From the NCBI GenBank assembly GCA_046754265.1, contig JBHHVM010000001.1, positions 1 to 41,798 of the forward strand: DNA of 41,798 nt, in the 5' to 3' direction. This document shows, piece after piece, positions 40,402 to 41,798 of the stretch. Within the stretch, counting starts at the first letter, position 1. Every line of letters begins with the position of its first letter. The DNA comes from Phycisphaerae bacterium. Its GTDB lineage: Bacteria; Planctomycetota; Phycisphaerae; UBA1845. A program made the translations under genes and the position numbers. The notes under the pieces were generated by a model. The model saw only the letters and a list, made by a program, of their open reading frames with translations, did not search any database and had not been told where the DNA came from.

Positions 40402-41798
40402 ATGCAGGATATTCTCAACAAGCTGGGCATCGAGAAGAGCAACCCCGGCGGCTTTGCCGGTGAATGGACCGGCGGCGGCGATACGCTTGAATCCATCTCG
40501 CCGATCGATGGCCGACCTATCGCTTCGGTCAAACAGGTTACCGAATCCGAGTACGACACGATCGTCGCGCGGGCGGCCCAGGCCTTTGAGACCTGGCGGC
40601 TGGTGCCCGCCCCGCAGCGCGGCGAGGTCGTCCGCCGACTTGGCGTGGCCCTGCGCGATTACAAGGCTGAGCTTGGCGCCCTGGTCACCATGGAGATGGG
40701 CAAGATCCGAGCTGAAGGCGAGGGCGAGGTGCAGGAGATGATCGACATCTGCGACTTCGCCACCGGTCTGTCCCGCCAACTCTATGGCCTGACCATGCAC
40801 TCCGAGCGACCGGGCCATCGCATGTACGAACAGTGGCATCCGCTCGGCGTGATCGGCGTAATTAGCGCCTTTAACTTCCCGGTGGCGGTTTGGAGTTGGA
40901 ATGGGGCCATCGCTGCCGCTTGCGGCGACGTGACCTTGTGGAAACCTTCGTCCAAGACACCGCTGACCGCCATCGCCTGCACGAAGATCGCCGAGCAGGT
41001 CTGCAAGGACTCCGACGTCGATCCCGCCATCTTCAGCTTGGTCATCGGGCGCGGTTCAACCATCGGTGAACGGCTCATCGGTGACCGGCGCATCCCGCTG
41101 GTCTCCGCCACCGGCTCCTGCCGCATGGGCCATCGCATCGGCGAAGTCGTCGGCAAGCGCCTCGGCCGGACGATTCTCGAACTGGGCGGCAACAATGCCA
41201 TCATCGTGACACCCGAAGCCGACCTGGACCTGGCCGCCCGGGCCATCGTCTTCGGTGCCGTGGGCACCGCGGGTCAGCGCTGCACCAGCACGCGCCGCGT
41301 CATCGTCCACGAATCCATCAAGAAGACGCTGACCGAGAAGGTGGTCGCCGCCTACGGGCAGATCAAAATCGGCGACCCGCTGGCTGAAGACACGCTAATG
41401 GGCCCATTGATCGACACCGGGGCCGTCGATGACATGTTCAACGCCCTGGAGCGGGTCCAAAAGGAAGGGGGCCAAGTCCTCCGTGGCGGCGAAAAACTGA
41501 CCGGCCAACAGTATCCCGGCGGCGGCTACGTCACGCCCTGCATCGTCGAAGCCAAGAACGAATTCGACATCGTCCAGGAGGAGACCTTCGCCCCCATCCT
41601 GTACGTCATCGGTTATGCCGACATCGACGAGGCGGTCGCCCTGCACAACGGCGTCCCGCAGGGTCTGTCCAGTGCCATCTTCACGCGCAACTTGCTTGAA
41701 GCCGAGCGATTCTTGGGCCACGCCGGCAGCGATTGCGGGATCGCCAACGTCAACATCGGCACCAGCGGCGCGGAAATCGGCGGGGCCTTCGGCGGCGA
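40402..41798 (+). CDS. ALDH7-type aldehyde dehydrogenase (alpha-aminoadipic semialdehyde / piperideine-6-carboxylate dehydrogenase), 3' end runs off the right edge
   Basis: Not in the ORF track because it is open to the edge. Manual translation from ATG 40402 gives MQDILNKLGIEKSNPGGFAGEWTG...WKPSSKTPL...ELGGNNAIIV...GTAGQRCTSTRR...EETFAPILYV...NVNIGTSGAEIGGAFGG. The last block matches the ALDH7A1/AmaB-type C-terminal region. Confidence 0.9.
   Translation, partial: MQDILNKLGIEKSNPGGFAGEWTGGGDTLESISPIDGRPIASVKQVTESEYDTIVARAAQAFETWRLVPAPQRGEVVRRLGVALRDYKAELGALVTMEMGKIRAEGEGEVQEMIDICDFATGLSRQLYGLTMHSERPGHRMYEQWHPLGVIGVISAFNFPVAVWSWNGAIAAACGDVTLWKPSSKTPLTAIACTKIAEQVCKDSDVDPAIFSLVIGRGSTIGERLIGDRRIPLVSATGSCRMGHRIGEVVGKRLGRTILELGGNNAIIVTPEADLDLAARAIVFGAVGTAGQRCTSTRRVIVHESIKKTLTEKVVAAYGQIKIGDPLAEDTLMGPLIDTGAVDDMFNALERVQKEGGQVLRGGEKLTGQQYPGGGYVTPCIVEAKNEFDIVQEETFAPILYVIGYADIDEAVALHNGVPQGLSSAIFTRNLLEAERFLGHAGSDCGIANVNIGTSGAEIGGAFGG

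Noticed and set aside
1-41798. Mobile elements, CRISPR arrays, prophage or recognisable defence islands; also an anammox origin for the HAO-like cluster
   Set aside because: No transposase, integrase or recombinase ORFs were found. There are no long direct or inverted repeat pairs, no spacer-repeat arrays and no tRNA integration sites. The DNA is GC-rich, unlike the low-GC anammox genomes I recall, and no hydrazine-metabolism genes occur in the window. I therefore do not claim an anammox origin.

Overview
GC-rich (by eye roughly 60% or more; not computed) 41.8 kb chromosomal segment with about 40 protein-coding genes on both strands. I found no rRNA, tRNA, CRISPR array, transposase or integrase. 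Gene content suggests a Planctomycetota-like bacterium, which is inference only: CRTAC1/ASPIC-UnbV propeller lipoprotein, DUF1579-like lipoprotein, alginate-export porin, Rho with a disordered N-terminal extension, HAO-like octahaem cytochrome. Most genes are housekeeping or accessory metabolism: sucC (partial, left edge), pabB-pabC-NIF3, M20 amidohydrolase, coaE-rho, AMMECR1, DedA/YqaA, YbaK, aldo/keto reductase, class III aminotransferase, pncA, MSOX-like oxidase, ALDH7-type dehydrogenase (partial, right edge). Two loci stand out. (1) 27218-31624 is a tightly packed operon: Rieske, then a cytochrome b6/subunit IV fusion with a four-helix insert, then a membrane-anchored HAO-like octahaem cytochrome c, then a SAM methyltransferase. 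This is a quinol-oxidising Rieske/b module apparently wired to a catalytic N-oxide-type multihaem. (2) 9533-12162 encodes a soluble methyl-accepting-chemotaxis signalling domain fused to a C-terminal cobalamin-binding (DxHxxG) corrinoid module. It is translationally coupled (ATGA) to a URO-D/MtaA-family protein that lacks the HxC zinc motif. Smaller oddities are two intergenic short tandem repeat arrays: an 8-mer x5 abutting the AMMECR1 start codon, and a GAG-N4 heptamer x5 overlapping one arm of a 13-bp perfect stem upstream of the ALDH7 gene. Others are a 352-nt structured non-coding gap upstream of coaE-rho, an adjacent hyper-acidic/Arg-rich small protein pair, and two solitary nucleotidyltransferase-fold genes. 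Many long ORFs in the track are mirror-frame artefacts of GC-rich DNA and were rejected. All family assignments come from motif recognition by eye; no database search was run.
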